Source: Octopus sinensis (Eukaryota). From it: 64,000 nt of DNA. Shown in pieces: positions 1 to 12,664 of the stretch; position 1 is the first letter of the stretch, and every line of letters starts with the position of its first letter. The notes beneath the pieces are model-generated. The model ran no database searches. It saw only the letters and a program-made list of their open reading frames with translations, and was not told the origin of the DNA. The DNA lies in the NCBI RefSeq assembly GCF_006345805.1, contig NC_042998.1, positions 26,040,001 through 26,104,000 of the forward strand, written 5' to 3'. The translations under genes were made by a program, and so were the position numbers.

Positions 1-380
1 CTGATCTGGTAGTGTTTCTACAGCTTGATGCCCTTCCTAACGCCAACCACTCCATGAGTGTAGTGGGTGCTTTTTATGTACCACCGGCACAAGTGTCAGG
101 AGAGGCTGGCAGCAGCCACGATCGGTTGGTGCTCTTTACGTGCCACCAGCACAGAAGCCAGTCAAGGCAGTGCTGGCATCAGCCACGTTCAGATGGTGCT
201 TTTTACATGCCACCGGCACTGGTATCACAATTATAATTACCATTTGATATTTATTTTGATGTTGATGTACTTGACTCAATAGGTCTCCTCAAGCACAGCA
301 GGTCATGTACCAACGGCAGAGAAGCCAGTCAAGGTGGCACTGGCATCAGCCACATTCAGATGGTGCTTTTTACGTGCCGC
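1..380 (-). mobile_element. RTE LINE 3'-UTR fragment (same family as 55972-58205)
   Basis: Shares 'gtgtttctacagcttgatgcccttcctaacgccaaccactcc...ttttatgtgccaccggcac' with 39.1-39.9 kb and 56.0-57.6 kb, the latter contiguous with an RTE ORF2 end. Confidence 0.75.
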
Positions 381-566
381 CGGTACATGTATCATAACTA
401 TGTATTAGAATTCATGACAAACCAAGGAATTTGAATTGTATAAATATATATGTCTCACTCCAAAGCTTAATCTAATTTAGATATTTCCTCGCAAGATGTT
501 TTGCAACAAAATCTTCAGTGTCAGTTCCATCACTTTTTTCCTTTTCAGATTTCTTAATACATGCTG

Positions 567-775
567 CTTGTTTCAGTCATTCAACTGCAGCCCATGCTGG
601 GGCACCACCTTGAAGTATTTTTTTTCTTAGTTGAGCGAATTGATCTCAGGACTTATTCTATTTTCAGCCAATTATTCATTCTATCAGTCTCTTTTGCTGA
701 ACTGCTAAGTTTCAGGAATGTAAACATGCTAACACTGGTCCGCATGAAAGTGGCTGTGTACTCCACAGACATGCA
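567..775 (-). mobile_element. SINE family A, degraded 3' portion
   Basis: 'ttgtttcagtcattcaactgcagcccatgctggggcaccac...ctgctaagtt' matches the other family A copies. Confidence 0.7.
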
Positions 776-1129
776 TACCCTTAATGATTGTTATTTTATA
801 TGAAATAATTAAATGACTTCAACACCAAAAGGTATTTTTAAGGCATGGTTGAGTATTTACGATGTTCATTTAATAACTATAAGGCTTTCTGTTCAGTCCC
901 AAAATGTGGCCTTTTAGGAAAAGTGTTTTCTACTATAGCCCTGGGCCTATTGTTGCCTTAAGTTGGAAATGGTGTAGAAGCTTGAAGTCACACACACACA
1001 CACATATACATACACGCTTATATACACACATAAAAAAGTAGCCTTATTTTGATTGAGCTAGCACAACAGTTAACTAATGTTTAGTTCTCCATGAAATTCC
1101 TCGTATTTTCAAATTTCAATAAAATATTG

Positions 1130-1560
1130 GTTTTAAATTTTAGCACGAAGCCAGCAATTTCAAGGGAGGAGATAAGTTGATCACTTCACTGCCAGTGCTC
1201 AGCTGGTGCTTATTTTATCGACCCTGAAGTGATAGGAGACAAGGTCGACCTTGGCTGGATTTGAACCCAGAACATAGCGAAGGGCAAAATGGCTCTAAGT
1301 ATTTTTCCCAGACTGTTAAGGACTCTGCCAACCTACCACTTTATTTCAATTAAATATTCATTTCAAGGTCAGCAATTTCTAGGGTGGGGGCTAAGTTGAT
1401 TACAATAATCCCAGTACTTAACTGGTAAATTTATCAACCTCAAAAAAGATGAAAGGCACAGAGCTGACCTCAGCAGATTTTGAACTCACAACATAAAGAC
1501 AGACGAAATGCTGTTAAGCATTTTACCTGGCACGCAAGCAATTATGCCATCTCACTCCTT
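1130..1560 (-). mobile_element. Two adjacent diverged SINE family B-like copies
   Basis: Twice 'ggtcgacc..ggc.g.atttgaac.cagaacata...gaaatg.t.taagcatttt' (reverse B box GAGTTCAAATC). Confidence 0.65.
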
Positions 1561-1649
1561 ATTTCAATCAAGTATTAGGTTTTTTGTCCTCTGAGTTTTG
1601 CTTGGTATTATATACATTTGAATAATTTACAAAGTCTGTATCTGAGAGC

Positions 1650-2287
1650 GTGGAGGCGCGTAGCTTGGTGGTTAGGGTGTTGAACTCATGATCATAAGGT
1701 TGTGGTTTCGATTCTTGGACCGGGCGATGCATTGTGTTCTTGAGCAAGACACTTCATTTCACGTTGCTCCAGTTCATTCAGCTGGCAAAATTGAGCAATC
1801 CTGTGACAGACCGGTGTCCCGTTCAGGTGGGGAAGTTCTATGCCACTGAAACCAGGAAACCAGCCCTTACGAACCTGGCATGGCTTGAGAAGGAACATAT
1901 AGTGGAGATACGTGGCTTAGTGGTTAAGGTGTTGAACTCATGATCATAAGGTTGTGGTTTCAATTCCTGGACCGGGCAATGCGTTGTGTTCTTAAGCAAA
2001 ATAATTCATTTCATGTTGCTCCAGTGCACTCAGCTGGCGATAGATCGGCATCCCATCCAGGTGGGGGACTTCTACGCCACTGAAACTGAGAAACCAGCCG
2101 TTACAAACCTGGCATGGCTCGAGAAGGAACATTTAGTGGAGGCGCATGGCTTAGTGGTTAGGGTGTTGAACTCATGATTGTAAGGTTGTGAGGTTGTGGT
2201 TTCGATTCCTGGACTGACACTGAAACCGGGAAACTGACCCTTATGAGCCTGGCATGGCTCAAGAAGGAACATTTATTTTGTTTTTTA
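1650..2287 (+). mobile_element. Head-to-tail trimer of tRNA-derived SINE family C
   Basis: Three heads with A box (tggcttagtggtt) and B box (ggtttcgattcc) at about 1650, 1900 and 2134; whole array flanked by TSD tatctgagagc (1639-1649, 2288-2298). Confidence 0.85.
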
Positions 2288-2609
2288 TATCTGAGAGCAG
2301 AATAAAACAGGAGAGTTGGTTTAAAACCTTTTATTGCAATGTCACAAATCACTTAATCTTATGCAAGTTTCACTAACTAATACTGGTATGTTACATGATT
2401 GCATAACAGGACTGGAATACCAGACCTTCAGAGGAATATGGTAATTCAAAACAGAACTATGGACAAACAGAGGTTGGTCAACAGTGCAAAGGCACAAAAG
2501 TTGCTGCATGTGTAGGGTTATGTAATTCATGGTGTTCTAAGAAAACATATAAAGTCTATGGTGTCCTTGGACATCATCAGCAAAAATGAAGGAACTAATA
2601 TGAATAATT

Positions 2610-2657
<48 letters not shown>

Positions 2658-2739
2658 TGTGTGTATATGTATGTATATGAATATATATATATGTATATGT
2701 GTGTGTATGTGTGTGTGTTTATGTGTGCATGTTTATCTA

Positions 2740-2789
<50 letters not shown>

Positions 2790-2850
2790 CTTATCTGTTT
2801 GTATACACACACACACATGTATATATATAAATATATTCATATATAAATTT
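2610..2850. repeat. (AAT)n, (TA/TG)n and (TATC)n microsatellites
   Basis: Direct inspection. Confidence 0.95.
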
Positions 2851-3000
2851 ATATAAATAAGGATAAGATCGATATTTTTAAATATCGATCTTATCAAATG
2901 GCCAGCATGGGAATAAAAACCTTACAAAGGTAATAATTATTTAAAATTATAATTTAGGGTATCTGAGAGATACCCTAAATTATAGTTTTATATATAAATG

Positions 3001-3054
<54 letters not shown>

Positions 3055-3159
3055 CATATATTTATATACATATATTTATATGTAATAATATAGGGTAAGA
3101 TTATTAATAATACTAATTTTACCAAACAGTCAGTACGTTAAAAAACCTTTTAGGTAAAT

Positions 3160-3335
3160 TATACAAAATATTCTATAATTATATACATAATTATAATAAG
3201 GGGGCAACTAATTGCCTTACCACATATTGAATTAGAAATAGACGCTATAGCATCTATTTCTAATTCAGTACATGGTGAGGCAATTATCTGGCCCCTTATT
3301 ATAATTATGTATATAATTATAGAATATTTTGTATA
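3160..3335. repeat. Spacer-less 176-bp palindrome
   Basis: tatacaaaatattctataattatatacataattataataagggg...ccccttattataattatgtatataattatagaatattttgtata, centre gctatagc. Confidence 0.9.
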
Positions 3336-3358
3336 TTTATCTGTATACATATATATAT

Positions 3359-3750
3359 ACTAGCAGTATCGCCCGGCTTTGCTCGGGTTTGTTTCGACCC
3401 TTTAGAATTGGAAGTTTTGAAAAGTAAAAATTTTGCATTATGTAGCTTGGTATTCTCTTTAAGTGAACATTTTTCTGGTTGAAATACACCGACAAATGGC
3501 GACACAGCAGTAAAAAAATCATAAACAGGGATTCTTATAGAAAAAAGCACCTTTTTGAAGTAAATAATTTTTGGTATTAACATGGTCCGATTTGAATTTT
3601 TTCTTCTACGGAAGGAAGAGCAAGCCTTCTTCTATCATATTCTCAATTTTGGTCAACTTACGCCGCAGGATCTCAGAGGAGATAGTGTTAGTTGAAGGCT
3701 ACTAACATGCCATACACAGACAACTTCAGCTTTACATATATATATATATA
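3359..3750 (+). mobile_element. Non-autonomous Helitron-like element (Lep1-type ends)
   Basis: 5' 'actagcagtatcgcccggctttgctcggg', 3' 'acagacaacttcagctttacatata'; related copies at 46985-47378 (-) and 54840-55237 (+). Confidence 0.6.
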
Positions 3751-4628
3751 TGTGATTGTTTGTATTGTATATATATTTTTATAATGTTGGATATGAAACA
3801 CCATAATAAAATTTGAAGAGATTCAGAAGCTAAAACAATGCATTTTATTACAAAGTAGATGTTTTTGTTTTTGTTTATTTATCTTTTTAATTTTTCAATC
3901 AAAAGATATTCTTCAAAGAGAAGAAGAGTTTAGCAGTATTGAGATAACAAAGTAAAGTGGTTGGACAGACAGACAAGTGAACCACTTGCATTCAGGCCCA
4001 GAGGCCAACAGAGACAGTTCAAAAATTATGACTGCACCAAGAGTAGCCGTTGCATTCAGAAACTATCTGCCAATCAAAACAATGGATAAACCAGTAACAA
4101 GTTTCTTCTATCTGCGGTGTAATGAAAGCACTCAACATCAACAGAAAAATACAAAAGACTTCTATTCCTTGATCATCTGGTTGAATAAGTTAGAACATAG
4201 GGAATCTTTTTTTGTGTGAGTGGGGAGTGATAAAATTTGAAACGTTGTGTTAAAATTTGAAGTTTTGGAAACCCAAACAACAAATGAACTAAAAAGAAAT
4301 GTGTGTGTGTGTGTGTGCATGTGTGCACTGGTGGTGAAAAAGTTTGCTGTGCATTTACGTAGATTCAGGTTTGTTCCTGGATGATACCCTGAGCAAGTGA
4401 ATTTTTTTTAGATTCTAGACGCAATGGTTCTCAGGTATTTTTAACCTTTTCGTTACCATATTTATTGTGAGATGCTCTGTGTTTCTCTCAATTATTTTAA
4501 ATATAACAAAGAATTTAGTAAAATAACTTAGTTATCATTAAGTTAGTGTAAAGAATATAAATTGTGACTAAGGTTTGGTGGAAGATTTTAATTCAGGACT
4601 TATATATATATATATATGTATATATATA

Positions 4629-4847
4629 TACTTAATAAAAGGGTTCAGCAAAGATTTGCTTCACCACACACCAAAGTTTAGAAATAGCAGCCAAAAATCT
4701 TAGCTATTTCTTCTACTTTAAAAAGGGACTCCTAGAGAAACCAAAATACTTGGTTTTCACAAGAAGAAATAGCTAAGATTTTTGGCTGCTATTTCTAAAC
4801 TTCAGTATGTGGTGAAGCAAATCTTTGCTGAACCCTTTTATTAAGTA
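4629..4847. repeat. Fold-back inverted repeat, about 86-bp arms, 47-bp spacer
   Basis: Arms 4629-4714 and 4762-4847 are reverse complements with few mismatches. Confidence 0.9.
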
Positions 4848-4945
4848 TTACTTAAGTTTACCGTGAAATGGTCCTTGTTCATATCGAATTCTACTTGGTG
4901 AAATTATTGATTACTTCTTAATTAATTAATTTTACCCTTTGTTAT

Positions 4946-4978
<33 letters not shown>

Positions 4979-5479
4979 ATGTATGTATAATTTAATGTAC
5001 ACTGTATTAAAATAAGAACTATTAATAATGTTTTGCTCTTGCGACAAGTGCTGAGGTAGATTTTTATAACTTGCTTTGTGTCTCCAAGCAATCTTTTGGC
5101 TCTGGGCGCATGGTTTCTTCTATTTGGGGAACAGGACACTATTACATGAGAATTCACAAGAAAAAAAGAAGGAAGGTTGATGCAAAAAGGGGAATGAGAA
5201 GGCAAAGGGTGAAAGAAAGGAAAGAAAACCACAAAAATTAGAGTCATATGTATGTATTATTTATAAATTCTATCCTGAACCAGGTAGCTGCATAGCAAAA
5301 TTGTTAAGAACATAGAAATTCTTTACTATGAATCAATGACTGCAAAGTTAAAGTACAATGAGATGGTAATTTCATTATCCACTGTACAGCTGATGCCATG
5401 GGTGTAATTGCCAGACAGTTATGAAGTATGAAGACTAATTAAAAATGTAAGAGGGGGGGAGACGAGTGGAGGTTGGAGT

Positions 5480-6105
5480 GAGGAGGAGGAGGAGGAGGAG
5501 GAGGAAGACGAAGGAGGAGGAAGACGGGAGGAGGATGGGAGGAGAATGAAAGGGAGGAGGAGGAGGAGGAGGAAGACAGAAGGAGGAAGATGGGAGAAGG
5601 AAGAAGAGGAGGAGGAAGTTGGGGGAAGGAGGTAAACAAGGGAAGGAGGGAAATGAGGAGATGGAGGAGAAGGAGAAGATGGAAGAGGGAATGGAGGAGG
5701 AAGGCAAGCGGAGGAAGAAGACGGGAGGAGGAAGATGGGAGAAGGAAGAAGAGGAGGAGGAAGTGGAGGAGGAGGAAGAAAAAGAGGAAGAAGATGAGGA
5801 AGAAAAGGAGGAAGAAAAGGAGGCAGAGGGAGGCAGAGGGAGGAAGACAGAAGGAGGAAGATGGGAGGAGGAATACAGGAGGACAAGGAGGAAGACAGAA
5901 GGAGGAGGAAGACAGAAGGAGGAGGAAGACAGAAGGAGGAGGAAGACAGAAGGAGGAGGAAGACAGAAGGAGGAGGAAGACGGGAGGAGGATGGGAGGAG
6001 AATGAAAGGGAGGAGAATGAAAGGGAGGAGGAGGAGGAGGAAGACAGAAGGAGGAGGAAGACAGAAGGAGGAGGAAGACGAGAGGAGGAGGACGGGAGGA
6101 GGATG
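5480..6105. repeat. GA-rich polypurine low-complexity tract with 17-bp (aggaggaagacagaagg)n subarray
   Basis: Nearly purine-only on the plus strand; explains the six long ORFs called here. Confidence 0.9.
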
Positions 6106-8114
6106 AGTTGCACTTTTCACTCATTCTTTGCTTCAAATCAATCATAACATAACAGCACATGCACCATTATGCAGTGTACCTACAGAATAATGCATTGTAT
6201 ATTCAAATGTTGTGGAAATGATATATTGAAATAGTCATTATCTGTCTTTATTTTTACAACTTCATGGACTACAACAACATATTCCGCATCGGCAATGTTC
6301 ACACATTTGGAGCCTGTCACAGCTCAGTGGCTCATCAGATCCTGTCGGACAGCCCCGACCTAAGCCAACATGAAATACAGATGTTAAATTATGATGATGA
6401 TGATGACGATGATGATGATGACCACACACATATGTATATCCTCATCATCATTTAACTTTCTGTTTTCACTGCTGACATGGATTGGATGGTTTGACAGGAG
6501 TAGACAAGCCAAAGAACCATACCATGCAGAGAATTTGGGACTTGAAATGTGGAGGTCGAGGTGAAAGTATCTTTGGACTAGGATCCTCACCCGAATGCTT
6601 GTAACAAACAAAATGGAGCGTAAGTTACCCTAAAACAAGAAAAGTTCCTCTGACATGCTCAGATACACTTTCTAGCTGCCAAATTTCACTCACAAGGCCT
6701 TAGTTGTCATGCAGCTATAACAGAAGATGCTTCATCAAACTGCTGTGTAGTGAGATCATACCCAGAACAGCAAAGCTGTGAAATAGACTTCTTAATGTCA
6801 CAGCCATGCTCCTCATGAGGACTGTTGGTATTAAAAGAATTTTTTCCTCTTTAAATGAAGCACAGGTTAAAATAAGGTCTAAGGAGGATGGATGCTATTT
6901 GACATTAAAATACAGACAAGCAATTTACAACAATAGATAGAAAATGTTCCAATGGATATTGAGTGTTAACATACACGAAAATTTAAGTATAAGCATGTTT
7001 AGCAATCAGTTTGGCATTGAATTCGTTGATAGCTGTATATAGGAAGTGATCATTATATTTGTGTGAACGTATCATTTGAATAGAAATATTTTCTCATCAG
7101 TTTTACTTTCATTTTGCAATGTTTATTTAGATCAGATAGCTTGCATTGTAGCAATTTTTATTTTTACAGCTAGATGTTCTTCCCATTGCTAACAAGTCCA
7201 ATGTAAAGTTGATGTGGAACTGCCCCGCCCCACATATACACACATTTTTTTCTTTTTTGCCAGTCAAACAAATTGGAGCAATCACAGATGATGACAATGA
7301 CGATGATGATGTAATGATAAGGATGATAATAATAAGTTTAGGAAAAAGGTCAAAAGAGGTGAAAGAAGCTGGTATATAAATAAAAAAGAAAGACAGCAAT
7401 GAAAGAATATGTAGAGCACACAGAATAAAACACAAAAAAGTAGAAAAGAAACATTAAAAGAATCATAAAGAGGAAAAAGTGCAGAGGTATGCCAAGAGTT
7501 TTGTTGGTGAATTTTGAGAAGAATTCTTTGAAGGAAGCAGTATTCTTCAGAAATTGTGATTGTATCACAATGGTTGAAAAGTTTTTCTAAAGTCTTTTGA
7601 AATTGCATGTTACCCCAGATGCCAATCGTATCATTGTTATCCAGCTGCTCCTCCTACTTGTATGTACCCCAGCTGTGTATATATATAAGCTTTTGACTAT
7701 AGGCAGAAGGCCTGCAATTTGGGGGAGGGGAGAGTTGATTTCATCGACCCCCAGTGAGCAATGTTAACAAAATAAAGGCTTAATTAAGTTAAGTTTTCTT
7801 TGTGAAATACTGTTGTTTTGAATTTGCTGCAGAAAATGGTTTGTGTCTGTGATGGTGAGTGGGGCAGAGGCACTAGGAATGTGGCCTTAGAACCAAGGGG
7901 GTGGCACTCTGAAAAAGTTTTGGAACCACTGTACTAAAAGAAGAAAATAACATCTGTAGCTCCTAATTCTTGTTCAGACTTAAACCACACTCTCTCATGT
8001 TCATTCAATTCATTCCATAATTGTAATTTTAGACAACTGTAATTTCTCCCCACTTTATGTTTTGTAATTGTGCTAACACACCAAACATCATAAAGAAAGC
8101 ACAGATATGGTTGC

Positions 8115-8578
8115 TTGATCTGTTAAAATTAGTAGCCAAATTCCCCTCAAATCACATCTTGCCATTTTACAACTGGAAAGCAACATTTCTATCCAGATTA
8201 CCAACAACCACTAAATTTAAAACTGCCCAAATATTTTGATCTCTTTTGCATTTAAAGATATTAACAAGGCTTGACCTGTTAAAATTAGTAGCCAAATTCC
8301 CCTCAGATCACATCTTGCCATTTTACAACTGGAAAGCAACATTTCTATCCAGATTACCAACAACCACTAAATCTAAAACTGCTCAAATATTTTGATCTCT
8401 TTTGCATTTAAAGATATTAACAAGGCTTGACCTGTTAAAATTAGTAGCCAAATTCTCCTCAGATCACATCTTGCCATTTTACAACTGGAAAGCAACATTT
8501 CTATCCAGATTACCAACAACCACTAAATCTAAAACTGCTCAAATATTTTGATCTCTTTTGCATTTAAAGATATTAACA
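8115..8578. repeat. Tandem repeat, 156-bp unit x3
   Basis: 'ctgttaaaattagtagccaaatt' at 8120, 8276 and 8432. Confidence 0.92.
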
Positions 8579-9433
8579 TGGCAACGGTTTTTACATGATA
8601 AATTTATTTCAAAGTAATCACTATCTTATCAAGATTGTTATCAACATTAATATGATGTTTGTCCATTGATCGAACTCAAGCAAATCTTTTGAATTGTAGC
8701 AATCTAATTTTTATGTCTTCAATGTAAATAGTAAATATGAATTGGTTGGATAATTCTTTAATTCCAAAGTGATAAAAACTAATTACACTTTAGTTTACAT
8801 CAAATAATTAACTATTATTCTGTATGAAATCACACTGTGAAATCAAATTGAAACATCATTAAACACTATCTTCAGGCTTTTGACTAACACAGTGAAGCCA
8901 TCAAAACTCTCTTCTCTGAAATAACAAATTTGTGAATAGGGAAAATGTCTTTAAAATCCTTTTATGTAGAATTTCTAGCAAAAGATTTTAATTTAAAATT
9001 CAAGCCTGATAAACAATAATTTTATCAAGAAAAAAAAAAAAAACAACATTAATTGATCATTATCCTGTCATTATTATGAAATGTTGCATAGAATAACACA
9101 TTACTTATTGAATAATTATCTTTGAAAATCTCAGAAAATAGACATAAAGATATCAATAAATAATGATAACAATAAGAGAGACAAATTTCTCTCTCTCTGT
9201 GGGTGGAACATTAACGGTGGGGAAATAAAGGTGAAGTGAGGCAGGAAAAGTACATAAAGTAGAAAATAACAGGAAAGTGAAAAAAAAAAAAAAACCCAAA
9301 AGGAAAATAAAAATTTAAATTAAAAGCAAGAAGTAGAAATCTGAAGAAGAGGGGAAAATGGATGAAAGTGAAAATTGTGAGAATCTAAGAAAATGGAAAC
9401 TCAGAAAGACAAACAGGAAAGGCAGATAAGTGT

Positions 9434-9621
9434 GAGGAATAAAACGGCGGAGGAATATGAAGTAGAATTGGAAAATGTTGTGATGTAACACTGGAGTAAG
9501 ATCTATGTGTAGTCTCTGACAGTGTAAATATTGATTGCTAGAAATGTTAAATACTTAATTAAGACTCCTTATATATGAGTATGTATATATAATATATATA
9601 TATGTATATATGTTATATATG

Positions 9622-9657
<36 letters not shown>

Positions 9658-9785
9658 TATGATAATATTATATATATATATGAGTATATATATATATATT
9701 TATATATATTTATATATATATATACATAGATACATATATCACTACTACACATATATATATAAACCACATACATACATATTAACAT

Positions 9786-9818
<33 letters not shown>

Positions 9819-9887
9819 CTATATATATTATACACACATACATATATATATATATATATTATATATATATATATTATACACATACAT

Positions 9888-9936
<49 letters not shown>

Positions 9937-10677
9937 CTATATATATATATATATATATTATCATTAGTTTATTACTCATCTAACAGTGTTGTTTATGACT
10001 AACTTCTAAACTTAAAAATGAGATAAAGGGAATATGTTGACATTCTCACCCTGTTCAGAAAACACAGTATAGTCATACAGCTGGTGTTTACTAATTTGTT
10101 TACCATTCACTATGAACTTTCTTTGAAAACAATTGGCTGGTTGTTGTTTTAGACCATTTGTGAAAACCAAGGATAACTGAAATAGAAGAGGGGGAAAACT
10201 TATTTAAGAACATCAAGCAGTGCATATTTACAAGAAATTAAGTTGATATTATATGTCAAAAAAGGGTTGATAAGCTGTCAGTAAATATTATAAATATATA
10301 ATTATAAAGAAGTGTCAGTGAGGAATAAAACGGCGGAGGAATATGAAGTAGAATTGGAAAATGTTGTGATGTAACACTGGAGTAAGATCTATTGTGTAGT
10401 CTCTGACAGTGTAAATATTGATTGCTAGAAATGTTAAATACTTAATTAAGAACTCCTTATATATGAGTATGTATATATATATATATATATATATATTATG
10501 TATATATGTATATATGTATTATAATTATAATATATATATATATATTATATAATATATATATATATATGAGTATATATATATATATATATGAGTATATATA
10601 TATATATTATATATATTTATATATATATATACATATATACATATATAAATACATACCCATATATATATAAACACACA

Positions 10678-10746
<69 letters not shown>

Positions 10747-10792
10747 ATATATATATATAATATATATATATATTATATATATATATATATAT

Positions 10793-10840
<48 letters not shown>

Positions 10841-11361
10841 CATATATATATATATATATATATATATCATTAGTTTATTACTCATCTAACAGTGTTGTTT
10901 ATGACTACTTCTAAACTTAAAAATGAGATAAAGGGAATATGTTGACATTCTCACCCTGTTCAGAAAACAAGTATTCATACATCTGTGTTTACTAATTTGT
11001 TACCATTCACTATGAACTTTCTTTGAAAACAATTGGCTGGTTGTTGTTTTAGACCATTTGTGAAAACCAAGGATAACTGAAATAGAAGAGGGGGAAAACT
11101 TATTTAAGAACATCAAGCAGTGCATATTTACAAGAATAAGTTGATATTATATGTCAAAAAAGGGTTGATAAGCTGTCAGTAAATATTATAAATATAAATT
11201 ATAAGAAGTGTCAGTGAGGAATAAAACGGCGGAGAATATGAAGTAGAATTGGAAAATGTTGTGATGTAACACTGGAGTAAGATCTATTGTGTAGTCTCTG
11301 ACAGTGTAAATATTGATTGCTAGAAATGTTAATACTTAATTAAGAACTCCTTATATATGAG

Positions 11362-11397
<36 letters not shown>

Positions 11398-11406
11398 ATA
11401 TGTATA

Positions 11407-11454
<48 letters not shown>

Positions 11455-11628
11455 ATATATATGAGTATATATATATATATATGAGTATATTATATATATG
11501 TATATATATTTATATATATATATACATATATACATATATAATACATACACATATATATATAACACACATACATACATATATACATATATATTATATATAT
11601 ATATATATATTATATATATATATTATAT

Positions 11629-11669
<41 letters not shown>

Positions 11670-12111
11670 TATATATATATATACACATACATATATATAT
11701 ATATATATTATATATATACACACACACATATATATATATATATATATTATATCATTAGTTTATTGCTCATCTAACAGTGTTGTTTATGACTAAACTTCTA
11801 AACTTAAAAATGAGACAAAGGGAATATGTTGACAATTCTCACCCTGTTCAGAAAACAAGTATAGTCATACAGCTGGTGTTTACTAATTTGTTTACCATTC
11901 ACTATGAACTTTCTTTGAAAACAATTGGCTGGTTGTTGTTTTAGACCATTTGTGAAAACCAAGGATAACTGAAATAGAAGAGGGGGAAAACTTATTTAAG
12001 AACATCAAGCAGTGCATATTTACAAGAAATTAAGTTGATATTATATGTCAAAAAAGGGTTGATAAGCTGTCAGTAAATATTATAAATATATAATTATAAA
12101 GAAGTGTCAGT
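9434..12111. repeat. Tandem triplication, about 890-bp unit with internal (TA)n block
   Basis: 'gaggaataaaacggcgga' at 9434, 10320 and 11216; non-TA parts nearly identical. Confidence 0.92.
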
Positions 12112-12664
12112 TAATATAACAAAAGTTTGTTAATATATGAGAAATTATAAAGGTTAGCAAGCGAAAAATGAATGAAGGTAAATAAATTGGGTTATAAAGG
12201 AAACTGATAATTATTGCCATCAACGTCGGATGATTGATCAATACAGATTGTACTGAAATCCATAAATAGAGTAAATATAGAGACTGGTTATTAGAGAAAG
12301 CATAAAAGTGAATGATAAATACACATACCACAAATAAGGGTTGCTGAAGAAAATCAAGTAGAAAATTAATCAGGATTAATGTGAGTGTTTTAATGATTTT
12401 TCCATCATTACTTTGGCTAATGTATAAAACTTGCTATCCCTCTAAATAAAGCTGCTATTATACACTTTTATAGCCATATGTTTTATGTCAATGTTATAAG
12501 CCCTTGTCTCTCTCAATCTATAGTTCTTAGGTGGCATATGTGTTTTCTTTTCTTAGTTATTTTAAGGCTTTAGTACTAAGATTACTCTGTCAAATGTAAT
12601 GCTTATTCACTCATATAGAGTTGAATTCATCATGTGTTATCTTGTAGCTTGGAGAAAGAGTACC

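Noticed and set aside
5419-6160. Six ORFs of 80-240 aa (poly-S/P/L or poly-E/R/G)
   Set aside because: Translations of a GA-rich low-complexity tract; no start context or domain.
6262-6382. Cys-rich minus-strand frame RGCPTGSDEPLSCDRLQMCEHCRCGICCCSP*
   Set aside because: Weak acceptor and no partner exons; the plus strand looks more like a decayed RTE 3' end.
7282-7608. 108-aa minus-strand ORF
   Set aside because: The second half is low-complexity hydrophobic sequence from an A-rich plus strand; no splice frame or domain.
8843-8915. Candidate minus-strand terminal exon EESFDGFTVLVKSLKIVFNDVSI* (similar short candidates at 40548-40580, 44690-44755, 48650-48730, 51579-51626, 61465-61560, 61779-61890)
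   Set aside because: Short open frames after AG are expected by chance at this density; no consistent exon chain or recognisable protein.
9602-11774. Ile/Tyr-rich ORFs (also near 2.7, 30.3-31.6 and 23.5-24.3 kb)
   Set aside because: (TA)n and (TATG)n microsatellite artefacts.
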